Positions 1 through 11,965 of a DNA stretch of 64,000 bases are shown piece by piece. The DNA comes from Podarcis muralis (lineage: Eukaryota): positions 34,286,001 to 34,350,000 of the forward strand of contig NC_135659.1 in NCBI RefSeq assembly GCF_964188315.1, given 5' to 3'. Numbering within the stretch: position 1 is the stretch's first letter; every line of letters begins with the position of its first letter. The translations under genes and the position numbers were made by a program. Under the pieces are notes generated by a model, which was given only the letters and a program-made list of their open reading frames with translations, ran no database searches and was not told the origin of the DNA.

Positions 1-1140
1 ATAACATAATTTGCATAGATTTTAAATACAATTTAAAACTGCCTTTGAAAGCTCCTTTAATTAGCAAAATAAGCATATTTTTTTTAAAAAATATAAGACC
101 AGTAATTTGTTAATAAAACCTCTGATATGTTAGAAGCCTTGATAATTCTGAGCAATTTTACAAGACCTTTGGGTCAGTTTAATGCAAATTAGGCCTGACT
201 CGCTCAGAGTCTTATTAATCCAACCCAACTTTCTCGTTTGCAGAATTGCACATTCAACATAAAAGTGGCTTCATTTTAGGAGCAAAATAAGACATATTTA
301 TTTACGAAGCAGGCCACTGAGGCTCTCTTAATTTCAAAGGGTCATCATGTCTCAACATAATGCAGGGGAAACATTATTGCAGATACATACAGCGAATAAA
401 TGTGTGTGCACACTTATTTATTTAAGCATTTACAGGATGCCTACGGTTTCCAAACTTCTCGTGGGATAATTACAATGTATCTCTATATATTGGGGCCAGT
501 GTCAATTAGGACCAATTACTTATGAAAACGTTCACCTACTGCAGTTTTTGCATACAGAAACAATCACTTTCCATTTTGACAAGGGAAATGGGAAATCGCT
601 ATGGGATGTCCTAGTTAAGATTTAAATTAGCAAGAAAGTTGTTACCAGGACATATAGAAGATGCAGCATAATAAGACATGACCTTGTAAGAACCTTGGAG
701 GCTATCGGAATCTGCACCCTCCTTCCAAAACTTGTTAATTATCTGCAAAAGTTACCAGTCTATCTGTGGCATAATATTTTTCTTTTGGGGAACGAGGGAT
801 GAAGAAGGGCAGGGATGGACTTTTAAATATTTAATTAGTCACATGATATGCGGATAGCGGCAAGCATTTTGCTTCTTGAGCCACGCTCTTCCTAATTGCA
901 CGCTCGCATTTAGATTGGCCATCGCAAACCTCTGGTGCGTGCAATTATTTATTCCTTAAAGATCTTTCCATGGAGAAAAATATTTCACCCTCATGGCTCT
1001 GGGTTTGCCTAAATGACTCTCTTAGCCCATTAATTACACTCTCTGAGTATTTCAGTCACTAATGATGCAAATGAGGGGGGGGGAGTCAACACACAAACCT
1101 TTGTGTGCAGGATAAGTTGGTTCTTAAGAGTAAATACATT

Positions 1141-1146
<6 letters not shown>

Positions 1147-1180
<34 letters not shown>
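1147..1180. repeat. (TTTC)n microsatellite
   Basis: Direct read. Confidence 0.95.
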
Positions 1181-2995
1181 TTTTAAAGTTACCCCATGAA
1201 TGGAGGGAACACAGATATCCCCCTTTGTTGTCAATGTGATCTGTGTTTGCATTATATTTACGGCTTATAATGGCACAGTCCAACATACAGCGAAACACTA
1301 AAAGCAGCCAATATAGCTGGCTAATTTCAAGCCATTCCCAAATGATCTAGATTACTTTCCTTTTGTTCTTTTCCTCTTTCTTGTCCTGATTAAGATTGCA
1401 ATCTGAGACCAGTCTGAATCTCAACCCTGCCCCATACCTTTAGCTTCCCATTTATGGATTTTAAAAGTACAAATCTCAAACTGGAGACTAATAAGTAAAT
1501 GAAAAGACTTTTGACTTGATCTTCCGATTTCCCTATCCCTTTCCCCCCATGTGGCTTAAAACTTGCGACAGAAGTGGTGTGCCCTTGGAAGGATCTTTAA
1601 TCAAGTCAGTACCAGTGGTGTCATTTTCTATTAAAATGTATCTCTAAAGTTGGTGCTACAAGTGCTGCGTTGTTGTTCAGGTTTTTTCTTTCTTTCTTGA
1701 GAAAGGCTGGATGCCACAAAGGAACAGTTATTCACCAGCCATGGCAATGTCTGGGTACAATTAGCATCTTGAAAGTTTGTAAAAGCTTCTGAGTTATAAC
1801 ACTTCCTCTGAAAAATCATTACATTTTTTTGGAACTAAAAAGGCTTAATCTTGTACGGATTAGGAACATTACTTCTTTGAATGTGTTCTGCAAGAATCTA
1901 CCTGACTCCTTCACAATGAATGGCAGGTTTGTACTATAATTAATATTGCTGCAAAAAGCCCCCTCCCCACTCCACAAGCAAGTTCAGATGTGCGAGAAAC
2001 CTAAGAGATTTGAGGAGATTCACTGACTCACATTGATCAGCTCCCAGCTAATCTCTAATCAAGTTGGAAATATTCATAATCTAATCCTTTTATCAAATTG
2101 CCTACCACTGCAAAGGCTTCGTGTGTTTGCACAATTAAAAACTCCATGTTAGACATTATGCTGCATTACACTAGAAGCAAATCCTTCACTATTGAAATAC
2201 GCACTGGTTGACAGCAGGAAGTGGCTGATAAGAGAGGCAACAAGGCATTTCTGATGGCATTCATGATAAAGGAACGCTACCTCCTATGTATTTAGTCTTA
2301 CAGAGCACTCTCCAAAGTGATCCTTAAAATGTGGAACTGCACTGAGAGATCTTTAGACACAAAGATGAAGAAATAATCAAAGAACACTAAGTGTATAGCG
2401 TTAGTGACATCTCCTCAACCTATCTGTGATACTGGCAGTGCTCTGAAGACTAATACATTTGAAATGACATATCACCTACAGATCTACATATTTGTATCAC
2501 AGAATTTACCACCTGAAAGTAAACATCACATGTGCAGCGGCGTGGGGCGTGTAGAGAAATGAGTCCAACCCGCCTCATTTTTGCACATATATGAACAATC
2601 CTTCACATAAACCCTAAGGTTGAGGACAGCGCTGTGATTTATGCTGAAACAATAGCTTCTCAGAGTTCATAAAATGCCTAGATTAAAGACATGTTCAGCA
2701 TCATTACCCATTCTAGCTAGAAATCATAGCAAGAAAGCCATGCTGGAAGAGCAAGGTTAAAAGATAAGCTTTGCACCAACAGCCACTACTAAAATAATAT
2801 GGGTGGTTTTACACTTACAATGGATACATCTCTGTTAGATGAAATATAGTCCAGTCTGGTGTACCTGCTTTCCCTAGTTTGGAAATAAGAATAAGGAATC
2901 CAGTGAGGGGAGGCTAGCACCGTAGTATAAAAGGATTTTTGGTTACACCATATAAAGGTTTTGAATGTTCAGGGACACTGATTGGAGTGCAAAGT

Positions 2996-3247
2996 GCTCT
3001 ATTTTTCGCTCTATAAGATGCACCAGACCACAAGACGCACCTAGTTTTTGGAGGAGGAAAACAAGGGAAAAAAATTCTGAATCTCAAAAGCCAGAACAGC
3101 AAGAGGGATCGCTGCGCAGTGAAAGCAGCAATCCCTCTTGCTGTTCTGGCTTCTGGGATAACTGCGCAGCCTGCATTCGCTCCATAAGACGCACACACAT
3201 TACATTTTAGGAGGAAATAAGTGAGTCTTATAGAGCAAAAAATACCG
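2996..3247 (+). mobile_element. Non-autonomous Tc1/mariner-pogo-type MITE, copy 1 (left TIR degraded)
   Basis: Near-identical to 7417-7674. Right TIR gtgagtcttatagagcaaaaaataccg followed by TA. Internal palindrome present. Confidence 0.85.
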
Positions 3248-6200
3248 TATGCTTGTTTAATAAAGTGCCTTACACACATACCCAACCCCTGATACTTTCT
3301 CAAACCTAAGAAAAGCTTGACGCAGGATTGCAATAGCCACTGACTGACTGCCTTATATGCTTTCCCAAGTAAAGGGGACCATGCCATTAAAAAGATAGGT
3401 GCATTTATGGCGTGTCCCTGGCCTCCACAAGTTGAATAGACCTTTGGCTCTACTCACAAGGGGCTCCTCAATGTGACCAGGAGTCCCAATAACAGAGGAG
3501 TCAACGCCATGAGTACACTCAATGGGTGGAAGTTGGGTGTAAAGGTCACCAAGGGAGAACAATGAATAATGAAAAAAAGGTAATAGACCAGCGAATCATG
3601 TATCCTACATCTCTGATAAATATTATCAGCACCTTGAATTCTTTCGAAGTTCTGAGCATTTGTGTATGTAAATTGGGGGGGGGGGGAATATGCATGTTCC
3701 TATAATGACCTTATTTTAAAAGGAAACAGAAACTCTAAATTTGTGACGGTAGAAATCTAAGGCACACCCATCTGCAGAACAGTTCAGGCTATTGTTATGT
3801 TATCAAACAATCTGCCGTTAGAGCTTTATATGAGGATAATTTTTAATTCCCCACTGATGGTTCTTGCGGCAAGCTGAAACACACTGACTGAGCAGAGCAT
3901 TCAGTCTACGTTACACTCTTAGACTGCATTAACTTCCTAGCAGTAACTTGCTTTATAGGCTCAGTTCATCATGACCTATAAAATGTTAGACTGAAATGCT
4001 TTAAATATCTGCTAACACCATGTGCAGGCCTGGGAGTACAAGACAGTGTGCTATGAAGCGGCAAAGACAGTACTCTTCGGAGAAACTAGCACACACTCTT
4101 ATGTCACTGATATAAACAGGGTAAGCATGTTAAATAATGGATAACACAGGCATGGTCTTTACGAGCAACTGGAAGTCTGGTTGGGTCTGGTTTAGTTTCC
4201 TTTCCATTCTCTTCAAACAGATTTTCAGGGGTGGGGATGTAAAGATCTTCCTCTCCTTTGTGCCTATGAGGTTCTGCTTCATATTCGTAAGGGTCGTGTT
4301 CAAGTCTGGAGTTATTTAGGCTTTTTGAGTAATGATGACCAATTTATTAGGCAATTAGCTGCAACTTCATTAATGGAGGGAGAACAGATGCTCTGTTAAC
4401 ATCGGGCTATTGTTCTTCCCCTTGACCCTTAAGCTCTCACATTTCAGCAATTTCAGTAATGCAAAAATGCCATTGCAACATCTGATTAATTCAGGGCTGG
4501 GTAGGCTGGGCAAATACAAAAAGACCCTGTGAAGCACAATGGGAAAGGTGTCCCTTTCTCACACTCTGCTACAAAGGCCTAATGGAGCCAAAAATGTTAA
4601 GATGTTTAAAATTAAAACTTTGAGACAATTGTATGTGTGCCGCGGTAATTTTTTATCAACACAATCTGAGAGATCAGTGACTGTGTTGCATCCAATTTGA
4701 TAGATCACTTTGCATCAATCGTTTTCCCAAGGAGCATTTAATTTAATTTAATTTGTTAACCCTTTTTTCTTTTCTCTCTCCCACCCCCTTCTTTTGGTAA
4801 ACAATGTTGCTGTGTGTTGCCTAATGCTTAGGTCTATAAACTCTACAAAATAAAATTCCTTTGATGACTTAAAGGCCTCAGTATTTTCTTGTCCTTTTAA
4901 TCTTTACAGGTTCTCATCTTCATGTCTGTTTTTTTTAAGTGTCAGTCCTGTTTACTACATGATATTCAACATATTTCCTCCAGAGCAATGAACCTTAACA
5001 GAAAGCTTTAAATTGCCTCACATAGGAAACCACATTACTATTAATTCCACAGCAACCGTATAATATATAAACTATTGCTTTGCAAACTCTAGAGCAATTA
5101 GACCTCTCGGCTATTTGACTAACTCTGCTTCATGATACCCAGTGCAGTTAATTATATTTTTTGATGTTAATAGTCTCTGTCAGTTTCAAGCATAAATCCT
5201 CTTTGATGAATATTTAAATTATATTTGAATAAAAATAATCTTGGTTACATTTCCTATTCAACAGTCATCATAGCTTAATAAAGGTCTGCTCAGCAAAGGG
5301 CTGAGATAAATGGCTCCATGATCCCATGTACAGGAACCCTAAATCCACTTTACATCTGATTTAGCGGCTACAGTGACCAATAATGTAATATAATTAGCGA
5401 TGTTGTTATGGTGAAAAAGAATGCTTTCCCATTATAAATAACGGCATTATTGTAAGCTTAGCGTATGCTCATTTAGTATATTAAATGCAGCAGAACATAA
5501 ATCAAGACAACCGATTTGAGCAGGACTGCTTGGAAGAGAGAAGGGTATATCTTGATAATGACATGGGCTGAAAGGAGCATGGCCTTTTAAAGTGTTAATT
5601 CTGCCTTTAAGATGTTAGTACCAAATTTCATTTTTTCCAAGCTGGGGGACGTGGAGATTTGCATTGGGCTAATATATTCTTTCAGGAGCCATGAGGCTTG
5701 GCACAGAACCTAACCTGCAACCCCAAGCATTTTTTTCCAAGAGTTCTTTTAAATATATATTAAACCCAATGCTGATTCTTACTATTCTTAGATGTGTGTC
5801 TGGCCACTTATTTTCAATCAAGGCAGATGTCCTTCATCAGCATGCATGCGGTCATCTGAAGGTTCTGGCCTTGGCGGCAATTTACTACACTACATCTCAG
5901 CCTAAGGTTGGGTGGAAAATATATGGCCAGCAATACTCCTGAAGGCAATGTAAGTCAAAGCTTAAATCAATACTATCAGAATGCTACACGAGAGAAGCTC
6001 CATTAAAGGGCATTGCACCTTGCATGCATTGAGTTCTTACGGAAAAGAATCCTTCACTGCAACTGATGCCAACAGGAAAGTATTAATGGCATGATTTGCA
6101 AGGAATCTACAAGTCTATATCATTATTTCCCTCCTCCGGTTACATTATTTGAGATACAGCAGTAAAAGGCTGTTGAGATTTATTTTTCTTATTTACTCAA

Positions 6201-7416
6201 TTACGCATCAGTTTGAAATTCAACAAAACCACAGCAGAAAACCACACAATGGAAGCACGGATTAAAAATGTCCTCTGGCTTATTTTTTCTGTGCTTTGTT
6301 TCAGTGCAGTGTTATAGTGTGTTTTCCATTAAACAATGAAGTGACCCATCACTGGATTAATATTTATTTAAAAGTTTTTAAAAATTAAAACAAATTTAAA
6401 TCTGGACTAAAAAAAAGCAAAGCTGCAAAGAAACTCTGTTAAATACCCCCCAAAAAAATGTCTGATATGATTTCTTGTACACTTTTCCCCCTGTCATGTG
6501 TCAATCATTCTGTGCCATCAAGACTGACAGTAATGAATCTGCATTCAGGTGGGAGATCATGTAGGACAGTTGCTAAGAGCTACAGATTATAAAAATAGTG
6601 AGTTTAGACAAACCGTTCTCAGTCTCAGTCCTAGCCTACCTTGCAGTTGTTAAGGAAAAAAGAATTCAATTATATTAACAAAACAAAACAAAAGAGGGTT
6701 ATTCAACATGGTGACATTCCAGTGGTTTAGACTTCAAATCACTTTAGCCCCAGCCAACATGGCCAGTAGTCAGGACTGAAAGGAATTCTAGTCTAAAACA
6801 TCTGGCAGACACAGCTTGCTTCCTCTGGTAAGTGCTAAAAACTATTAAATATTGTTCAGGTAAATGTGCCACTTCAGTCAGCCCTAGGACCTTACATTTC
6901 TTTGCTTTGAGGACAAAATGAAATCACCAAATGTGGTCAGTGTTAAAAAATGACCTTAAATAAAAAGAACTCTGCAAACACTCATCTGACTACAAATTTA
7001 CTTTTTGATATGAGTGTGTCGAAAGAATGCCCCTGTCTGTGAGTCCGCTTTGATGTGAGCTCTAAATAAAGGAATGTCTAAGAGGAGAGTGTCTGGCTCT
7101 GATAATCATGTACAGTAGAGGTTTGTCAAGCATCTTTCAGACTCCTGCATTGAAAGCCAATGACATGCCAAAGGAAAATAAGGGCCTGATATCTGAGCTC
7201 AGTCATTTACAATGACAGCTTTGATGCACATTCATTCAGGCAATGCACTTGTCCCAATTGGTATCTGATATATGGCCATCAATACAATCAGTTTGGGGGG
7301 CAGAGAAAGAGCAGCAAGTATCCGGAATGCTGAGCGAAAGAGGAAAAAGGGGGGAGAAGTAGGTTGCAGTTGACTAGATGACACCTTTCACACAGAAGAC
7401 CTTTCAGAAAATAGTA

Positions 7417-7674
7417 CCGTATTTTTCGCTCTATAAGACGCACCAGACCACAAGACGCACCTAGTTTTTGGAGGAGGAAAAGAAGAAAAAAAATATTCTG
7501 AATCTCAGAAGCCAGAATAGCAAGAGGGATCGCTGCGCAGTGAAAGCAGCAATCCCTCTTCTATTCTGGCTTCTGGGATAGCTGTGCAGCCTGCATTAGC
7601 TCCATAGGACGCACACACATTTCCCCTTACTTTTTAGGAGGGAAAAAGTGAGTCTTATAGAGCAAAAAATACGG
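7417..7674 (+). mobile_element. Non-autonomous Tc1/mariner-pogo-type MITE, copy 2
   Basis: TIRs ccgtatttttcgctctataagacgcac and gtgagtcttatagagcaaaaaatacgg. TA TSD at 7415-7416 and 7675-7676. Confidence 0.92.
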
Positions 7675-9665
7675 TAACTGCCACAAGCTGCAGAAGGAGC
7701 AGCAACTGGAGTCACATGAAAGCAGGAAAATGCCCACATCTAAACTTGGAAAAACTCTAACCCTAAAAGGCTTCATTCGCAGTAACACAGTGCCCTCTCT
7801 GGATGAGAAACCTGGCAATAAAGCACTGAACGTTAAGGACATTTTAAACTCATGTTCAGACATACCATTTTAACACTGTATTGAAGTATATTTTTTAAAG
7901 AGGCATGTTCTAGATACTGTCACAAGGCATATAGAGTACGATTCTCCAAAATGATTTTCTGTAGGGTGCACTGTAATGCGATAATGTAGTGGGGAAACCA
8001 TTTTCTCAAACCGGTTTAGGTTTTCTACCCATCCAGACCTGAGGCTTAAGGGGCCTAAAAAATTCAGGATGAGATTAATCAGATGAGATGGGTGATTTCC
8101 CTATCCAACTATCCAAGACCGTGAGCTCTAGTCAAAGAATTTCCTTTATTCATTATCGTTTGAAAGAAAAAGAGCCAGCCTTGTTTTCACTTGAAAGGAA
8201 GCTCATCTGATATTCCTGCACTACTACTTCCCTCCCCCCCCCTTGCTCTGACAAGCAAGGGAATACATGCAATGCTCACAGGACAGGATCTGATCGGAAA
8301 GGTAATTTATTTTTGTTTTGCTTTTTTCAGCCATGTGTCACTCACTTTGACAAAAGGAATTAAAAACATCATTTGTCAGAAAGATACTTGAGTCCCAAAG
8401 AATATCTCCATTTCCTGTTGCTTTCTTCCCCGAAATAAATGGGCTTTTTCATCATTATACATTTAAGACAATAAAAAGAAAAGGAGATCTCAAATTAAAG
8501 GTCTAAGAATTTTGAAAGGCCTGCCCCTAACCTACAAATAGAAAGGTCAGGAGAGCAATGCAAGTAAACATCTCTTGTATTAAGCTTTGACTTCATTCAC
8601 AGCTGTGTCCTGTGAAGGATAAATGAGTGGCAGAAATACGTTAAGGGGGCACTGCTGTTTCTTTGAGAATAAGGCATGGGGCGTCATCATTTACTAGCTG
8701 GGTACACCTAGTGAACGAGAATCAGTACACCAATGGAAATTATGCAGATTATTTCATTTCTTATGGAAGTGTTTTTAAATATACCCTTTGTATCTGGCTG
8801 GATAATATTTAAAGAGGTCTTTCTGTGCAAGTGAACTGATTTTGTGAATAGCCTACAGATGCACAAGCCCTCACAATATCAGCAGGTTTGGTGGCTTTTT
8901 AGTTAAAAGAGTAGACATGATAGAAGTTTATAAAACTATGCAAAGTGAGGAGACAGTGAGGAGAGAAAAGTTTTTTTCCCCCTCCTCTCTCATAATTCTA
9001 GAACTTACTGAAAGAAGTTGACCACATAAACTAATCTGAAGCAGGAGTTTCTCAGTGAACTCATTTTTCTAAATCATTTCCAGTTTTTTGATTGCAATGG
9101 ACTTTATACCCTTCGTGGGAAAGTTTAGAAATGACCAGAATGACCAAAAACTTAATACACGTCATCAGTTTAATGACTGGTTGATTTCCAGAAATTTAAA
9201 ATGAAGTGTAAATTATTCGAATGCAATACTGTTTTCAACTTCTTCTTTTTTTAAAGACCTATGTGGATTTTTGTGTGTGCGTGTGGTGGTGGGAAACAAT
9301 AAAAGGTTTAACATACTGAAAATTGCATTGAAGCAAACGGATGGACAGAGTTTTAAGAAATATTTCCATAGTGGTTACAGAAACTGACCACTCTATGGTC
9401 GATTTACCAAAATAAGTAAATAAATGTTAAAACATGTTTCTAATCTGTTCCCCATGTTGAGAGAGGGAGAAAAAGTGGGGTGGCTTTTGGTCTGCCAGAT
9501 GCCATCCCAGCCCATTTCAAGCACTGTAAATTCTGATAAAGGTTTATTACTTTCAACAGCGGTTATAAGAGTGGCTACTCCCCACCCAAAAAAGTTCCAA
9601 GTATAATTAGGTTTCTTTTTCACCTATTATGTAGGTGGGCTGGTTATTAATTTATTTATTGCATT

Positions 9666-9745
9666 AAGATTGCAATCCTGTGCTCACTTACCTGAAATTC
9701 TATGGCACTTCCTTCTGAGTAAATCTGCATAGGCATGTGCTGTTT
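9666..9745. mobile_element. Short (about 80-90 bp) imperfectly palindromic MITE-like repeat
   Basis: gattgcaatcctgtgctcacttacctg...ttctgagtaaatctgcatagg. Related copies at 42527, 44135, 46531 and 50998. Confidence 0.55.
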
Positions 9746-10107
9746 AATTAGCATGAATATTTAGAAACTTCTTAAGCAGGTTCTCAGAAAACTTCTGAGT
9801 GAGATTCTGACCTCCCAGAAGAGAAGGATATAGCAACATTTCAAACAGATTAAAATGCTTCCGTCTCCTTGCAGTCACCTTCCTGCTCTCTTGGTTTTTT
9901 TATAGAGAAAAAACTTAAACCAGAAGATTCTCAAACACTTGCTAGTGGCTTTATTTCCTTAGCTTTTCTAGATTAAAATGACTGGGGTATTTGAATATTT
10001 TTTCCAGGATTTGGAGGGGGGGTTTTTTGGGGGGGGCGCTGAGGGGAGAGACTTGTATTGCAACTTTCTTATATGGATTCCTTTTCCGTAGTGAGCACTG
10101 CTCTTAC

Positions 10108-10321
10108 CTTTGCGTCATAATCTTGTAGGCATCAGGGAGGAAACATTCTGTGTTCTCCATCTGGAAAGGGTCAGCATCGCAAATCTTGTCATCTGTCCGT
10201 CCATAATTAGCACTCTCTATCATAATGACATCACTTCCTGGACACCGAAGATCGATGGAGTAGCCCTCACAGGACAGTTCTCTCCTTACTAAACCAAATG
10301 GTAATGCTGCTCGACTGAAAC
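10108..10321 (-). CDS. ADGRL2: Internal coding exon (214 bp, phase 1 to phase 2) of adhesion GPCR L2 / latrophilin-2, N-terminal part of the rhamnose-binding-lectin (SUEL) domain
   Basis: Reverse complement reads tttctcatttctttttag|GT TTC AGT CGA...ATG ACG CAA AG|gtaagag. It translates without stops as (G)[70 protein letters not shown](R). Length is 2+70x3+2=214. [26 protein letters not shown] matches ADGRL2 as I recall it, not ADGRL1 ([24 protein letters not shown]) or ADGRL3 ([24 protein letters not shown]). Confidence 0.97.
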
Positions 10322-11317
10322 CTAAAAAGAAATGAGAAAAAAGACGTTAAGTTACAAAGCTATATATTTGGGGGTGGGGGTTAAACTCTTAAGAGCCACA
10401 GCACACGTAATCATGGGGAAACTGTTCTAATTGTAACTATAATGGAAATGGTTATTATCCAGTGTAGGATGCATTAATGCATGTTTCATACTAAATATGG
10501 AAGACATAGCATGGAGAAAATAAACATCTTGTTCACACCATTCCCAAGTCATCCTTAAAAGTAACAAATGTTCAGAACACATTACCCTACAAATAAACAC
10601 ATGGTCGGAGCTCATGATGATTATTTTTTTAAGTTATAAACTTCAGAGTGTACAGGAAATGGCCAAGAGAAAACAGGGCCTTTCTCAACCCTACACAAGT
10701 CAAAACTCTGCAAGGACGATGAATGGAATTTTCACATTAAAGTGCGGATTGGCGGCTGAGTGGCTGGGTCACATTCTGGACAGCAGGTTTACAACCATGC
10801 TTACAGCCATGAACCATGCTTAACTAGCTGTACTTTGTGTTCTACGGCTGCCACAATTAAATTAAATTAATTATTTCTAGCAGATGTTTATGATTGGCTT
10901 TCTCTGTCCCTGGGACTGGGTCAACCGTTGGACTGACTTTATTTTAAAGTTGTGCGCTGAGCAATAAGTCCCTATTTATTTTCCCTGATCTCCCCTCCCC
11001 CCCCACAAGCCACTGAACTTAAAACAGCCTGCAATGTTTATATAGCAAGCCCTCACACAGCTTTCCTTACCCCCTGACTCAAAGTAACAGAGGGGCAGGG
11101 CACCTACCTGTGAAAAAAACAATAAAAAGTAACAGGCTTAATAAACTCTGAAACCTAAAACCAGTGTGGGTCTTAATCCTACTCCAGTTTCCTCCCTCCC
11201 CCTTTCTGCTCTTTTCATCTTGGGATTCCTTGTGCCTGTATTGTGCACTTTCACATCTATTTCTTCCCTTTGAAAATAATAGTGTTCCTCTGAAAATTAT
11301 TGCCGATTTTATTAAGA

Positions 11318-11572
11318 CAACAACAAGAGGAGGAGTTTGGATTTGATATCCCACTTTAGCACTACTCGAAGGAGTCTCAAAGCGGCTAACATTCTCTTTT
11401 CCCTTCCTCCCCCACAACAAACACTCTGTGAGGTGAGTGGGGCTGAGAGACTTCAAAGAAGTGTGACTAGCCCAAGTTCACCCAGCAGCTGCATGTGGAG
11501 GAGAGGAGATGTGAACCCGGTTCACCAGATTACAAGTCTATCGCTCTTAACCACTACACCACATTGGCTCTC
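11318..11572 (-). mobile_element. Squam3-type (MIR/Ther1-derived) tRNA SINE
   Basis: Minus strand has a tRNA-like head (gagagccaatgtggtgtagtggttaagagcgatagacttgtaatctggtgaaccgggttc), a CORE-like body and a simple-repeat tail. Near-identical to 41688-41960. Confidence 0.85.
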
Positions 11573-11894
11573 CCTCCCCCCCCCCCCCCCGGTCAAAGGA
11601 AGTTGTGATCATTCATTTAGCTGCCTGATGTAACTTTCAATACCTATCCTGTAGAGCTACATTTTGACTCTGCATAACCAGTTCTGCCTCCTTCGAATGT
11701 GAGGGGCTCCACCCTCCTCTGACACTTGGTTGGTTCACACATCAAGCTAAGTGAAAAATGAGGAAAGGTGCTGGACTCACATACTAAATCCAAATGGGAA
11801 GGTTCAACAGTGATAGGGCTCCAAAATACTTGTGCCAGTCAGGAATCTCAGTAGTAGGCTAGGGAGATTCAGCTTAAAATAGAAGGAGTCATCT

Positions 11895-11916
11895 CCCCCT
11901 CCCTCCCTCCCTCCCT

Positions 11917-11963
<47 letters not shown>
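11895..11963. repeat. Compound (CCCT)n(CT)n microsatellite
   Basis: Direct read. Confidence 0.95.

Positions 11964-11965
<2 letters not shown>

Noticed and set aside
2914-3387. 157-aa and 81-aa ORFs
   Set aside because: They overlap the non-coding pogo MITE. The same peptides recur at 7627-7863 and 63658-63984 because of the repeat. No transposase motifs.
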